Assembly (NCBI RefSeq): GCF_006345805.1
Contig: NC_043006.1
Coordinates: 29,884,001-29,948,000, forward strand
Direction: 5' to 3'
Source of the DNA: Octopus sinensis
Lineage: Eukaryota
Length of the DNA: 64,000 bases
Shown: positions 25,061 through 37,021 of the stretch, piece after piece
Position numbering within the stretch: the stretch's first letter is position 1
How the letters are laid out: each line of letters opens with the position of its first letter
The notes under the pieces: generated by a model
Databases searched by the model: none
Told to the model about the DNA's origin: nothing
Seen by the model: only the letters and a program-made list of their open reading frames with translations
Translations under genes and position numbers: made by a program

Positions 25061-26071
25061 TCACTAGCCTTAGGCGTATCATAACTTACCTGCCACCGGT
25101 CTCAGAGGATTGGCGAAAGCCATGAGTACAGCTTTTACCACGAGATTAAACCAATTAAAATCATTTGGAAAATCATGTGACTGATGACAGAATAAGCGTC
25201 GGTCACATGATTTTCTCGTACATTTGTGGTTAAATTTGTCCCGTAGCAGGAGGAGAGGGAGCTGGGTCTGCGAATTTGTTTCTCTTCATAATACCCATAA
25301 TGCCCATTAGGGAATCAATGGGCATCACATTCATCTCACTGCTCTTGTGAATCTGAAACTTTGTATTTAGTCACAAGAAATAATGATTTACTAATCACTG
25401 TGGTCAAGTGCTGCTGAATATCCTATCTCCCAGCCAGTAATGTTGGTGACCGAGTTTTCAATCCTAATTATAACTGGAATTTCATTAGCGGTAATAATAC
25501 CATTTTGTATGACATGTGTATCATGCAATATTCTCTATTATAAATCTATGGCCAGAGCCAAAATATGAAAGCAATATTATAAGACATTTATTTCAAAATT
25601 AATAAGTTTTGATAGACATTTACAAGGACACTGAATGCCGCGACAACAAGTCTACGATTTGATTCTTCCTTCCATTGTTGAAGACATTGTGCCTATAAAA
25701 ACCATTTGATTGCGAATGTAATTATTACTGGAAACAATACACAGCAACTCATGAATTAATCTTATATTAGCTGTATTTAGCCTAACTCTAAAATAATCAT
25801 GTGGTTATATAACCGTTGAGGGTCGGCACTAATTACTGAAAGACCGTGATTTCTATCTTGTGTGAAATTGCAGTGAGATCCACGCACGATCTTTTTGAAA
25901 AAACATGCGATTATTTGAAAATAAGTTGCTCTACCTCGGCATTTTGTACAATATAGTTACTCGACCTCAGCTTTAGAGGAAAGAAATTTAAGATTTCATT
26001 AAATTTCATGGTTCTCAGACAGAATTATCAATATATCATAAAAATAATAATTATACATATATATATATATA

Positions 26072-26545
26072 TAATTAATAATAAAATATTAGGGAATAAA
26101 ATCCAAACTTACAGGGAAAATCAGATTTAGGATTGAATCCTTTTATAGTAAATATTGTATTATATTAAATTAGAGATAAAACCACTATTAGGCAAATCAA
26201 ACACTGAAAACTTGAAGCCAATACATAAAAATAATTAATTTATATTATTTTAATATATATCAAAAGTATTTAAAATTTAATAAAAGATAATGAGTAAAAC
26301 AAACCTCGCTAAAGATAAATATTTCAATTACCTGAAGATTGACTGTAACCATACTCGAATTATTACGAATTGGACAGCCATAAAACGATCGTAGTGTTTT
26401 ACTCATTATCTTTATTAAATTTTTAATACTTTTGATATATATTTAAAATAATATAATTAATTATTTTTATGTATTGGCTTAAGTTTTTCATTGTTTGATT
26501 TGCCTAATAGTGGTTTTATCTCTAATTAATATAATATATATATTA
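26072..26545 (+). mobile_element. Non-autonomous Penelope-like element with ~140-bp inverted arms
   Basis: Arms ~26158-26300 and ~26395-26538 are reverse complements. Lies within (TA)n. Homologues at 32335-32420 and 51145-51520. Confidence 0.7.
26328..26396 (+). ncRNA. Type I hammerhead-like motif, G12A-mutated copy
   Basis: CUGAAGA...ACAGCCAU-AAAA-CGAUCG-UA. The copy at 51285-51354 has intact GAAA. Confidence 0.45.
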
Positions 26546-26600
26546 CATACATATACATATATATATATAATATTATATTATATATATATAATATATATAA

Positions 26601-26631
<31 letters not shown>

Positions 26632-26745
26632 ATATATTATATATATAATTAATCAATATAGGGGGTGGCAAAAAATTTCGTAGAATTTTTTTGCCACCAG
26701 CGGCCTAGTAGGGGTGAATGGCCTATTATGGCCGTTCCTTGATTT

Positions 26746-26783
<38 letters not shown>

Positions 26784-27441
26784 GCCTGTGTGAGCGCGTG
26801 TGTGAATTATAGTGAGCGGATCATATATAGTGTACATTCTATAGATAAAGTATATCAAAGTATATGTCATGACGAATATTCATATATATACTTAGCGAAT
26901 CGCTTCTTGAATTCTTAGCCAAGAATTGAAACCTTAGCCTATATTTTTTTAAGTACCTTCCTTTTGTTCTCGACATTACTCTTTAGGAATTGATGAGAAT
27001 CAACTGTTACAGTTAAGTTCTATTAAGTTAACATGCTTATGTTGGATACAATTCAACAGAGATAAGCCCATTTACTTCCGACATGTATAAATACAGTACC
27101 CAAACTCAATTCTATCTTTTTCGCCTGCTTCGCCTGGCGCTTGCCCATAGGAACACTTCAGTAATTACTCGTCACTACGAAATTGCACAATTTCCACTCT
27201 CTCTACTCGTCAACCCAGAGAGGTAAGTTGTTTTACTCTTTCTCTCTTCTTCCATCCGTTCTCCTATAAGTCAACAAAAAATGAGCTTAATTACAGACAA
27301 GATGGATAACAGAACTGCAAATAATCTTTGTACAATAACAACTCGAAAAAGTTGCTTCTTACATTGTAACAATAATATAAAGGCCATATCAACTAATATT
27401 TTCTTCCTGTCATTTGTCTGGTGCGTAAAATATCTATATAT

Positions 27442-27673
27442 ATTTCTTTACTACCCACAAGGGGCTAAACATAGAGGGGACAAACAAGGACAGACAAAGG
27501 GATTAAGTCGATTACATCGACCCCAGTGCGTAACTGGTACTTAATTTATCGACCCCGAAAGGATGAAAGGCAAAGTCGACCTCGGCGGAATTTGAACTCG
27601 GAACGTAACGACAGACGAAATACTGCTACGAATTTCGTCCGGCGTGCTAACGTTTCTACCATCTCGCCGCCTT
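27442..27673 (-). mobile_element. Young full-length CORE-type SINE with 14-bp TSD
   Basis: AAATATCTATATAT at 27428-27441 and 27674-27687. Intact tRNA head and CORE domain. Confidence 0.92.
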
Positions 27674-28613
27674 AAATATCTATATATGTGTGTATACATG
27701 TGTGCACGCGCGCGCGTGTATAACAGAATATAACATGATACAATTCGGTGTGTGTTTGCGAGTATGTATATATAAGAATTTAGTCATCCGGATATAACTT
27801 AAAGTATGCAATTATAATGCGTCCAGTGGCAACGACTTAAAAGAGAGCATTTGATGCTAAAATTATCTGCAAGGATATGATACCCAGATACCCGGACAGA
27901 AGTTTTAAAACAACGATATTAAATTCTAAATAACTGAGAATATTCTAAACACCAAAATTGTCAGCAACATAACACTGACTAACGACGGATTGAAGTTTCA
28001 GGATTGGGGAATTGAGGAAATGAAACTCTGTGGAATAATGGCACCACTATCTCGTTTGTTTATCCGAAACACCACATACGCATTCACAAACTCAAGCACA
28101 CGTACACACACACGCACACGCGCGCGCACATACATGCATACACACATACACGCTCCTACATGTACACACTCACATACACACATTCTACACACATACTCAC
28201 AAATTCACGCATACCCGTACACATATGCACGTACAAACATAGGCAAATTAATTATTGAGCATGTAAGCAATGCAAGCCAACCTTCCGTGCGCGCGTATGC
28301 GAATGCGCGCGCGCGTGTGTGCGCGCGCGCGACACGCCAAATATTGTTATGTCCAAAATAAGTAAAACGCAGAGCGCTACATTCATGGAAGTATGTCTAA
28401 ATGACTATTAAAGATATGGATTTTCAATTTTCAAACTCTATTCCATTATTTGTTACGCCACTTGAATTTCAAGTTGTGCAAGCGTTGTTTAGAATTTAAT
28501 ATATGTTAGTTTACCGCCAATGTCTGGCTATCACAGAGCTGCATATCATATTATTATATTCCTTACTCTCTTTTTGCTCAACGCTTCATATGCTTACACA
28601 TTAACACACACAT

Positions 28614-28685
<72 letters not shown>

Positions 28686-28871
28686 ATATTAATGTTCGTG
28701 TGGGTTTGTTACTCGAATTGCGATTACTCGAAATGCTGATGTAAAGACGAAACAAATGATTCTCTTTCTCTCTTTCTTTCTTTCTCTCTTCCACACCCTT
28801 CGTCTTTCTTAGATATATGTTGTGTATGTATATATGTACATAGAAATATATGTATAGATATGATATACATA

Positions 28872-28929
<58 letters not shown>

Positions 28930-28978
28930 TATATTATATATGTATATGTATATATATATATGTATGTATGTATGTATG

Positions 28979-29040
<62 letters not shown>

Positions 29041-29063
29041 ATATATATGTATGTATGTTGTAT

Positions 29064-29096
<33 letters not shown>

Positions 29097-29098
<2 letters not shown>

Positions 29099-30115
29099 AG
29101 AAAGTTTGTTTGGTAAAGCACGTGGGTGAATATATAAGAAAATAGTAAAGTGTGAAAAACGACAGAAGGCTTAAATGTTAAAAAATATATATATTTGTGT
29201 CAAAATGTCTGGAGAATATTGGAAAAATTTTTTTTTTCCCTTCCTTAAAATGACATAATTTTAAAATTTTTAAGAAAATTACCGGTTTCGCGTGTAGCTT
29301 TTCAAATTTCTTGTGACGTTATGTTTATATTGCATGGAATTATCGTTGTTTTTATTTCCAGGAGATTTCTAAATAAGGGGAGGTAGTGAGTGATTTTTCC
29401 GGTGTAGGGGAGATAATCGCTTAAAAATTTTTTTTTCTTTTTCCTTGTTAATTTCTCTGTGTCAGTATGTTCGGATGGTTGAGTCTGGGTTTGTACTTTT
29501 CAATGAAGAATGTTTCCTTGTTCAGTCTCATTTGTGTTGATGATCCGAAAGCACATTGGTAAAATGGGAAGATTAAAAATTGTGGCAGTAGTTTCTTTGC
29601 GCATTTCTCAATGTGCTCACTAAAAGGTATCATTCTATATTCTGGGAATGCAATCTGTTGTCGATGCAGTGTGCATCTGCGCCTGAGTGATAGTCCCGTG
29701 GACTATCATTGAAAAGTACTTTTCTTCATTGAAAAGTACAAACCCAGACTCAACCATCCGAACATACTGACACAGAGAAATTAACAAGGAAAAGGAAAAA
29801 AAAATTTTTAAGCGATTATCTCCCCTACACCGGAAAAAATCACTCACTACCTCCCCTTATTTAGAAATCTCCTGGAAATAAAAACAACGATTAATTCCAT
29901 GCAAATAAACATAACGTCACAAGAATTTGAAAAGCTACACGCGAAACCGGTAATTTCTTTAAAAAATTTTTAAATTATGTCATTTTAAGGAAGGGAAAAA
30001 AAAAAAAAAAAAAAAAATTTTTCCAATATTCTCCAGACATTTTGACACAAATATATATATATTTTAACATTTAAGCCTTCTGTCGTTTTTTCACACTTTA
30101 CTATTTTCTTATATA
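29097..30115 (-). mobile_element. Fold-back (palindromic) Penelope-like 3' fragment, copy 1
   Basis: Minus strand TGLSLRRRCTLHRQQI...HIEKC...RLNKETFFIEKYKPRLN (GIY-YIG C-terminus). Arms 29131-29510 and 29722-30115 are inverted. Confidence 0.85.
29921..29959 (+). ncRNA. Minimal type I hammerhead with U3-A8 core (also 29272-29312 -, 30976-31014 -, 31615-31653 +)
   Basis: Consensus AAGAAAU-UUGAAAA-GC-UACAC-GC-GAAACCGGU-A-AUUUCUU. Confidence 0.65.
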
Positions 30116-30124
30116 TATATATAT

Positions 30125-30505
30125 ATATATATAAACGGCAGTTTGTCTGGTGCGTGTTCTGTGTGTCTGTTTGCTTGTACCCTCACCCTGACCACGGCTT
30201 TCAACCGATTCTGATGAAACTTGACACACACACATAGCCCAATGTCATAATTCAAAACTAACGCAGCGAAAATTTTGAAAAGTTCCCCCAGTTCTGAAAA
30301 AATCGATATAAATTCGACATGGGGTCGAGAATCAGAAACACGAACCACAAACTGTCTAGGGGACGCAACTCCACCTTTTTTAAATCTCAAAAAAAATTTA
30401 CCATCATTTTTTTCCATTTTTTTGCTATTTTTTGGCTATCACTCTCTAAAAATGCTTTATAGTTATTTCCCTCAGAAACCTGAGCAACGTCGGGCGATAC
30501 GCTAG
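30125..30505 (+). mobile_element. Non-autonomous Helitron, copy 1
   Basis: 3' end has an imperfect hairpin CCTGAGCAACGTCGGG followed by CTAG-T. No TIR or TSD, and the 5' end merges into (TA)n. Confidence 0.75.
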
Positions 30506-30541
30506 TATATAATAATATATATATATATGATATATATATAT

Positions 30542-30573
<32 letters not shown>

Positions 30574-30597
30574 ATATATATTATATATATATATATA

Positions 30598-30649
<52 letters not shown>

Positions 30650-30798
30650 ATATATATATATATATGTATGTATGTATGTATGTAATATATATATATTATA
30701 TAATATATAATATATATATATATAGATATATATATGTATGTATATATATATGTATGTATGTATGTATATATATATTATATATAATATATATATATATA

Positions 30799-31805
30799 TA
30801 AGAAAGTTTGTTGGTTTAAAGCACGTGGGTGAATATATAAGAAAATAGTAAAGTGTGAAAAAACGACAGAAGGCTTAAATGTTAAAAAATATATATTTGT
30901 GTCAAAATGTCTGGAGAATATTGGAAAAATTTTTTTTTTCCCTTCCTTAAAATGACATAATTTTAAAATTTTTTTAAGAAATAACGGTTTCGCGTGTAGC
31001 TTTTCAAATTTCTTGTGACGTTATGTTTATATTGCATGGAATTATCGTTGTTTTTATTTCCAGGAGATTTCTAAATAAGGGGAGGTAGTGAGTGATTTTT
31101 CCGGTGTAGGGGAGATAATCGCTTAAAAATTTTTTTTCCTTTTTCCTTTTAATTTCTCTGTGTCAGTATGTTCGGATGGTGAGTCTGGGTTTGTACTTTT
31201 CAATGAAGAATGTTCCTTGTTCAGTCTCATTTGTGTTGATGATCCGAAAGCACATTGGTAAAATGGGAAGATTAAAAATTGTGGCAGTAGTTTCTTTGCG
31301 CATTTCTCAATGTGCTCACTAAAAGGTTCATTCTATTCTGGGAATGCAATCTGTTGTCGATGCAGTGTGCATCTGCGCCTGAGTGATAGTCCCGGGGACT
31401 ATCATTGAAAAGTACTTTTCTTATTGAAAAGTACAAACCCAGACTCAACCATCCGAACATACTGACACAGAGAAATTAACAAGGAAAAGAAAAAAAAATT
31501 TTTAAGCGATTATCTCCCCTACACCGGAAAAAATCATCACTACCTCCCCTTATTTAGAAATCTCCTGGAAATAAAAACAACGATAATTCCATGCAATATA
31601 TAACATAACGTCACAAGAAATTTGAAAAGCTACACGCGAAACGGTAATTTCTTTAAAAAATTTTTAAATTATGTCATTTTAAGGAAGGGAAAAAAAAAAA
31701 AAAAAAAAAATTTTTCCAAATTCTCCAGACATTTTGACACAAATATATATATATTTTAACATTTAAGCCTTCTGTCGTTTTTTCACACTTTACTATTTTC
31801 TTATA
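30799..31805 (-). mobile_element. Fold-back Penelope-like fragment, copy 2
   Basis: Same arms, spacer and junction as 29097-30115, differing mostly by 1-nt indels. Confidence 0.85.
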
Positions 31806-31814
31806 TATATATAT

Positions 31815-32192
31815 ATATATATATAAACGGCAGTTTGTCTGTGCGTGTTTCTGTGTGTCTGTTTGCTTGTACCCTCACCCTGACCACGGCTTTCAACCGA
31901 TTCTGATGAAACTTGACACACACATAGCCCAATGTCATAATTCAAAACTAACGCAGCGAAAATTTTGAAAAGTTCCCCCAGTTCTGAAAAAATCGATAAA
32001 TTCGACATGGGGTCGAGAATCAGAAACACGAACCACAAACTGTCTAGGGGACGCAACTCCACTTTTTTAAATCTCAAAAAAAATTTACCATCATTTTTTT
32101 CCATTTTTTTGCTATTTTTTGGCTATCACTCTCTAAAAATGCTTTATAGTTATTCCCTCAGAAACCTGAGCAACGTCGGGCGATACTGCTAG
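31815..32192 (+). mobile_element. Non-autonomous Helitron, copy 2
   Basis: Near-identical to 30125-30505. CTAG at 32189-32192. Confidence 0.75.
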
Positions 32193-32193
32193 T

Positions 32194-32247
<54 letters not shown>

Positions 32248-32255
32248 ATACATAT

Positions 32256-32289
<34 letters not shown>

Positions 32290-32334
32290 ATAGTATGTAT
32301 GTATGTAATATATATATATGGTCTAAGTTAATAT

Positions 32335-32420
32335 AATATAATATTACTATAAATTGGATTCAATCCTAAATCTGATTTTTCCCTGTAAGTTTGGATTTAT
32401 TCCCTAATATTTATTATCTT
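32335..32420 (-). mobile_element. Terminal fragment of the 26.1/51.1 kb Penelope-like family
   Basis: GGATTCAATCCTAAATCTGATTTTTCCCTGTAAGTTTGGATTT shared with both copies. Confidence 0.7.
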
Positions 32421-33726
32421 ACTATATATATAGATTATATATATATATAGTAAGATACTCTAACCATCGTATGTATGTATATGTCCATAACTATATACCA
32501 TTCTATCTATTGTGTGATGGTTCCAGTTGTCTAAGACCTTCGCTGAGACACCCATTCCAATTAATGATCTTTCGAAACATTTTCTTCCAATCTACAAATA
32601 CATTTTTACCGTCTTCGTTGTGCCTTCAAATCTTCTAATGCAGGTGTCACTTTTGAAACAACTCAAAGAGACCATTACAAAATTAGTCTCATTAGATGTG
32701 TTTCTTAACTCTATCTGTTTTAATCGTTAATCCCTTTTGTTTGAGAACTGAATAATTACAAGGGTTGTCTATGCTAAATCGTGGTTATTCCACCCATAAC
32801 AAAACAACAAATAACTTTCCAGTACAAGATCTTTTTTTTAATCTCTATTAACAGAATACAGTGCAAGTTTAGGACTTATGATCTCTTTCTCTGCAACATG
32901 AACAAACTTCTTCCCCACTTGAGAATCAAACTAAATGAACGTTAAGCCATAGTCAGGCTCAATAGTGTAAAATGCATTTCTCTGCAGCAATTGGTGCATC
33001 TTCAGTTTCACTACTTGCTTTGATTTTTAAAGATCTGTTTCGTTGCTGAACCCTCGCCTTCACCAGTTTTCTTGTTTTTATCTGAGTTCACAAGTATTTA
33101 TAAATCATTAACATCTCTATCAGGAATACAGTCATGTCTCTGGTTTGAAAACCAAATAATACACTTTTCACTCGTGGTTATTCTTCTTAAAGCATGGAAG
33201 TTTATTCAGTAACTGTACATTTGAGTTTTGACCAAATAGGAGCAGCGATAACAAACAACAAACAGCCAGCAAAGGCTCAAATTAAGCTTACACTGTTACT
33301 ATAAAGACTAACAAACAAACTGGTCAACGTAATGGTTGTAAACACTCGTAAATGATATGAAGCATGATTAGGGTTGAAAATTACCAAGATGTTTTTAGTG
33401 CAGTAGAAAAATATATGCTACTGCGAATAAATAGTATGAAGAAAAAATGGTGTCGTCCCGATATTTCATTTTTTTTGTAACAATGGTAAATAGGAAAAAA
33501 AAAAGTATAATGTGCTTGGTTGAAGAACAAGGAAAACAGACCAAAGCACAACATGTTAGTTCAAAATCTTAAGGTGACAACATCGTACACTTGCGCACGT
33601 GACTTATCAGCTGACAAAACTAGACATTTGTACAGTTTCCACCTCCTCGTCCTCACAATTTCTCTCTTTCTCTCCCCCTTTCTCTCCGTCTCCTCTTCTT
33701 TCACTTCCCCTCTCACTCTTAATCTG

Positions 33727-33801
<75 letters not shown>

Positions 33802-34055
33802 TCAAACAACCTTGTGTTTTGTTGTCTTTTTCATAGAGAGAATTATGGAAACTGAAATTCCAGATTTTTAAAGAATTTTTAAAATTACTTCCAGATGAAG
33901 ATTTAAAGTGCTAAATGGCGGACATGTCCGGGTAAATACGAACAAATTTATCATGGAGCGATTAATTGGTGTTATCAGCAGAAGTGTTAGAATTATAAGG
34001 GAGCTTTCTGTAACACACTTCATATACATATATTGTGTGTGTGTATATATATATA

Positions 34056-34129
<74 letters not shown>

Positions 34130-34195
34130 CATACACACTACGTAAATACATATATTTATACGTTCGTATATACATACATGCATACAAACACACAT

Positions 34196-35510
34196 AATTT
34201 CCACATCAACAGTGACATAGACCACCTCTACCTAAAACGAAAACAAGCGGCAGAGGTTTAACATCGGTCCAAAATGCCTTTGAATGTTGTATTATATCTC
34301 TTCGGCAACATCTTTTAACCACCAAGCGTCGAAGTGGATCTCTTGATCAAGTTTGCATACATGAGGCTGGTAACATCATAAGACTTGGAAGGCAGCTCCT
34401 TGAGCGACACTCTTTGTCTGATAACCTAGAATACGTACCCAAAGAAGTCACTCGACTCTACCGCAACGTATCATCAGATGAAAAGATGACCCTATATGAG
34501 CAGAAGACTATGCATGGATAAGTTAGTAGAAAGCTCCGAGATGAAAGTAACATTGATCATCAAAGCAGTCTATCATAGACCAATAGCCGGATTACTAACT
34601 CCCATTTTGAAGGACATACGTTTGCAATCCAGGAACAGGAAATATATACCAGATACCTGATGCATAAAATGGACAGAGATGCAGGAAAAGCTGTAAAATG
34701 TGACAGCCGATGCAGACTTTGTGGAGTTCACACTGAAGATATCACCCACATCTTAAGCACTTTATCAAAAAGTGTCATCACTGTATTATCTACCGATGAG
34801 ACATGATCTTGTAGCTAGAACACTGTATAACGGGATCTGTCAAAGGATAACCCCAAAGACAAAGAAATACGAACCCACAGTATGGTGGAAGCCATAGAGA
34901 TTTATAATAAAAAGGAATATTGGTGGAATGTCCCCGTGAAAACCTCAGTAAAATGTAAACACAATGGACCTGGTATAATGATTTGGGATAGAGAAGAGAA
35001 ACTATGTACAGTTGTGGAAATCGGTTTCCCAGCGGATGTTAACTTAAAGCTGAAGATCAGTGAAAAAGAGAACACCTATGCTGAACTATTGAGAAACCTA
35101 CAGTTTATACGTGTAATTATATGTAATTACGTAGCACATTGCCTAAATACCACTCTTGAGAAATTAGGCTTCTCAAAACCAGAAAGTAGAAAGCTAATTC
35201 AAAGACTACAGATCCAATCCATCGATGGAACTATAAAAATTAGTAAAAGTTCCAGAAGTTTATCATTTAGGTATACATGAGCATGCTAGACATGCAAGTA
35301 TGCAAGACATACATAACGCAAAACATACATACATACATACACATACATACATACATACATACATACATACATACATACATACATACATACATACACACAT
35401 ACAAAAATACCCTGTTGTTGCTGTCGAAATTCCAATGAAGAAGCCTTGGATCTAGGTTTGAAACCGGTTCTTTCTCTATTGGCAAGAAATCTTGAAATAA
35501 ACTGAATACA
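34196..35510 (+). mobile_element. R4/Dong-clade RLE LINE, 5'-truncated, copy 2
   Basis: NFHINSDIDHLYLKRK, FAIQEQEI, CRLCGVHTEDITHI, RHD, and RLE ORF 34882-35280. The 3' region has an internal (CATA)n and a terminal module. Confidence 0.88.
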
Positions 35511-35570
35511 TACATACAGATGTGTGTGTGTGTGTGTGCGTGCGTGTGTGTGTGTATATATGTATGTTTG

Positions 35571-35603
<33 letters not shown>

Positions 35604-35961
35604 CTGAGCATCTGCCATGTCAGCGGTCATATGTTTCTGTGAATGTCATGCTTATTATTTGATTACATGTAACTAAGTCCCTCTGCTGTCGGGTTTTGTG
35701 CGAGTAAGATGCTTCGAGGACCCCGAGCAGTACGCCATTGCACTGTTCCAACGGTCCCACCCATCTTCTGTAGAGTAAGGACCAGTTACTGCAATAGCTT
35801 AGGATTCAAGGCCGCACAGCGAGTTAATATCTTGCCAAAAAAGCCTAAGAGAACTACAAGAGGTGAGGTTAGATGTTTTCAAGAAACAACTTGACCTTCT
35901 GCTGTCATCGGCATCACGGCAAGAAACTCAAAAGCGGGCAGGAAATAATCTAACTCCCTCC

Positions 35962-36077
35962 TTCACTAAAATGCAACCACATAAGAATGGCCATTGAAAC
36001 GATACTGATGGTGGTCATGCTGAGGCACCGTCAGTATCTTTTCAATGGCCATTCTTATGTGGTTGCATTTTAGTGAA
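35962..36077. repeat. Near-perfect 52-bp inverted repeat with 12-nt loop
   Basis: Arms 35962-36013 and 36026-36077 match at 50/52 positions. Confidence 0.95.
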
Positions 36078-36104
36078 TTTATATATATATATATATATTA
36101 ATAA

Positions 36105-36550
36105 ATAAAACATATGCATATATATAAACATATATGTACGTACCTACCTCTACATGTACATATACACAATGTACATATACACAATGAGAAACGAAAACAT
36201 AGACACAAACCCAAGGAACTGGACATTTTTTTAAACAACAAAAAAATAGAGTACAGGACAATTAACACAAAGAAAAAACCCCTTCTTCAGTCACTATGGT
36301 TTCATCTACTCTACGTTTCGAAGGTGAACGCGAGACGTATCTTCGACAAGAAACTTTCCTTCCTGCGAAAAGCAAATCAATTAAAATTTTGAGATCTTTT
36401 CGCAGAGGGGTAAAAAATGGTAACAAAAACAGGACAGTAACGACAGTACAAATTATAAACAGTAAAAGACAGGACAAGGAAAAACAAGATAAGAAAGGCT
36501 GTTAACGCCGAACGAAAAAAAGGATTACGAACGCGGATTTTTTTGTGAAC

Positions 36551-36555
<5 letters not shown>
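36105..36555 (-). mobile_element. Probable Penelope-like terminal fragment between (TA)n tracts
   Basis: Minus strand has TTGTCGAAGA...CCTTCGAAACGTAGAG, resembling the PLE hammerhead context. No ORF support. Confidence 0.35.
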
Positions 36556-36647
<92 letters not shown>

Positions 36648-36916
36648 TTAAAGAAAACAGAAAATGGAGATAATATTGATGAACAGCAATTGTTTTGCAT
36701 CAATTATTATTTATTAATAGTTTACAAAAAGACTGCATCCACCTAACGGCTGTTTCTGCTGCCAATGTTCTTTGGAATTACTATTATGATGCTAAGAGAA
36801 TATTTATCATACTTGGTAATAAAACCAATTTGAATCATGGAGCTTCATCAGAGCGGAAAATAAATAAATAAAGAGACAAGAAATGAAGGAAAGGTTGAAT
36901 ATGGTGCGAGTCACGT

Positions 36917-37021
<105 letters not shown>

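Noticed and set aside
35420-35480. Hammerhead-like look of the R4 3' module (ATGAAGA...GAAACCGG)
   Set aside because: C3 and A9 are not conserved across the three copies, and no consistent stem I can be formed.
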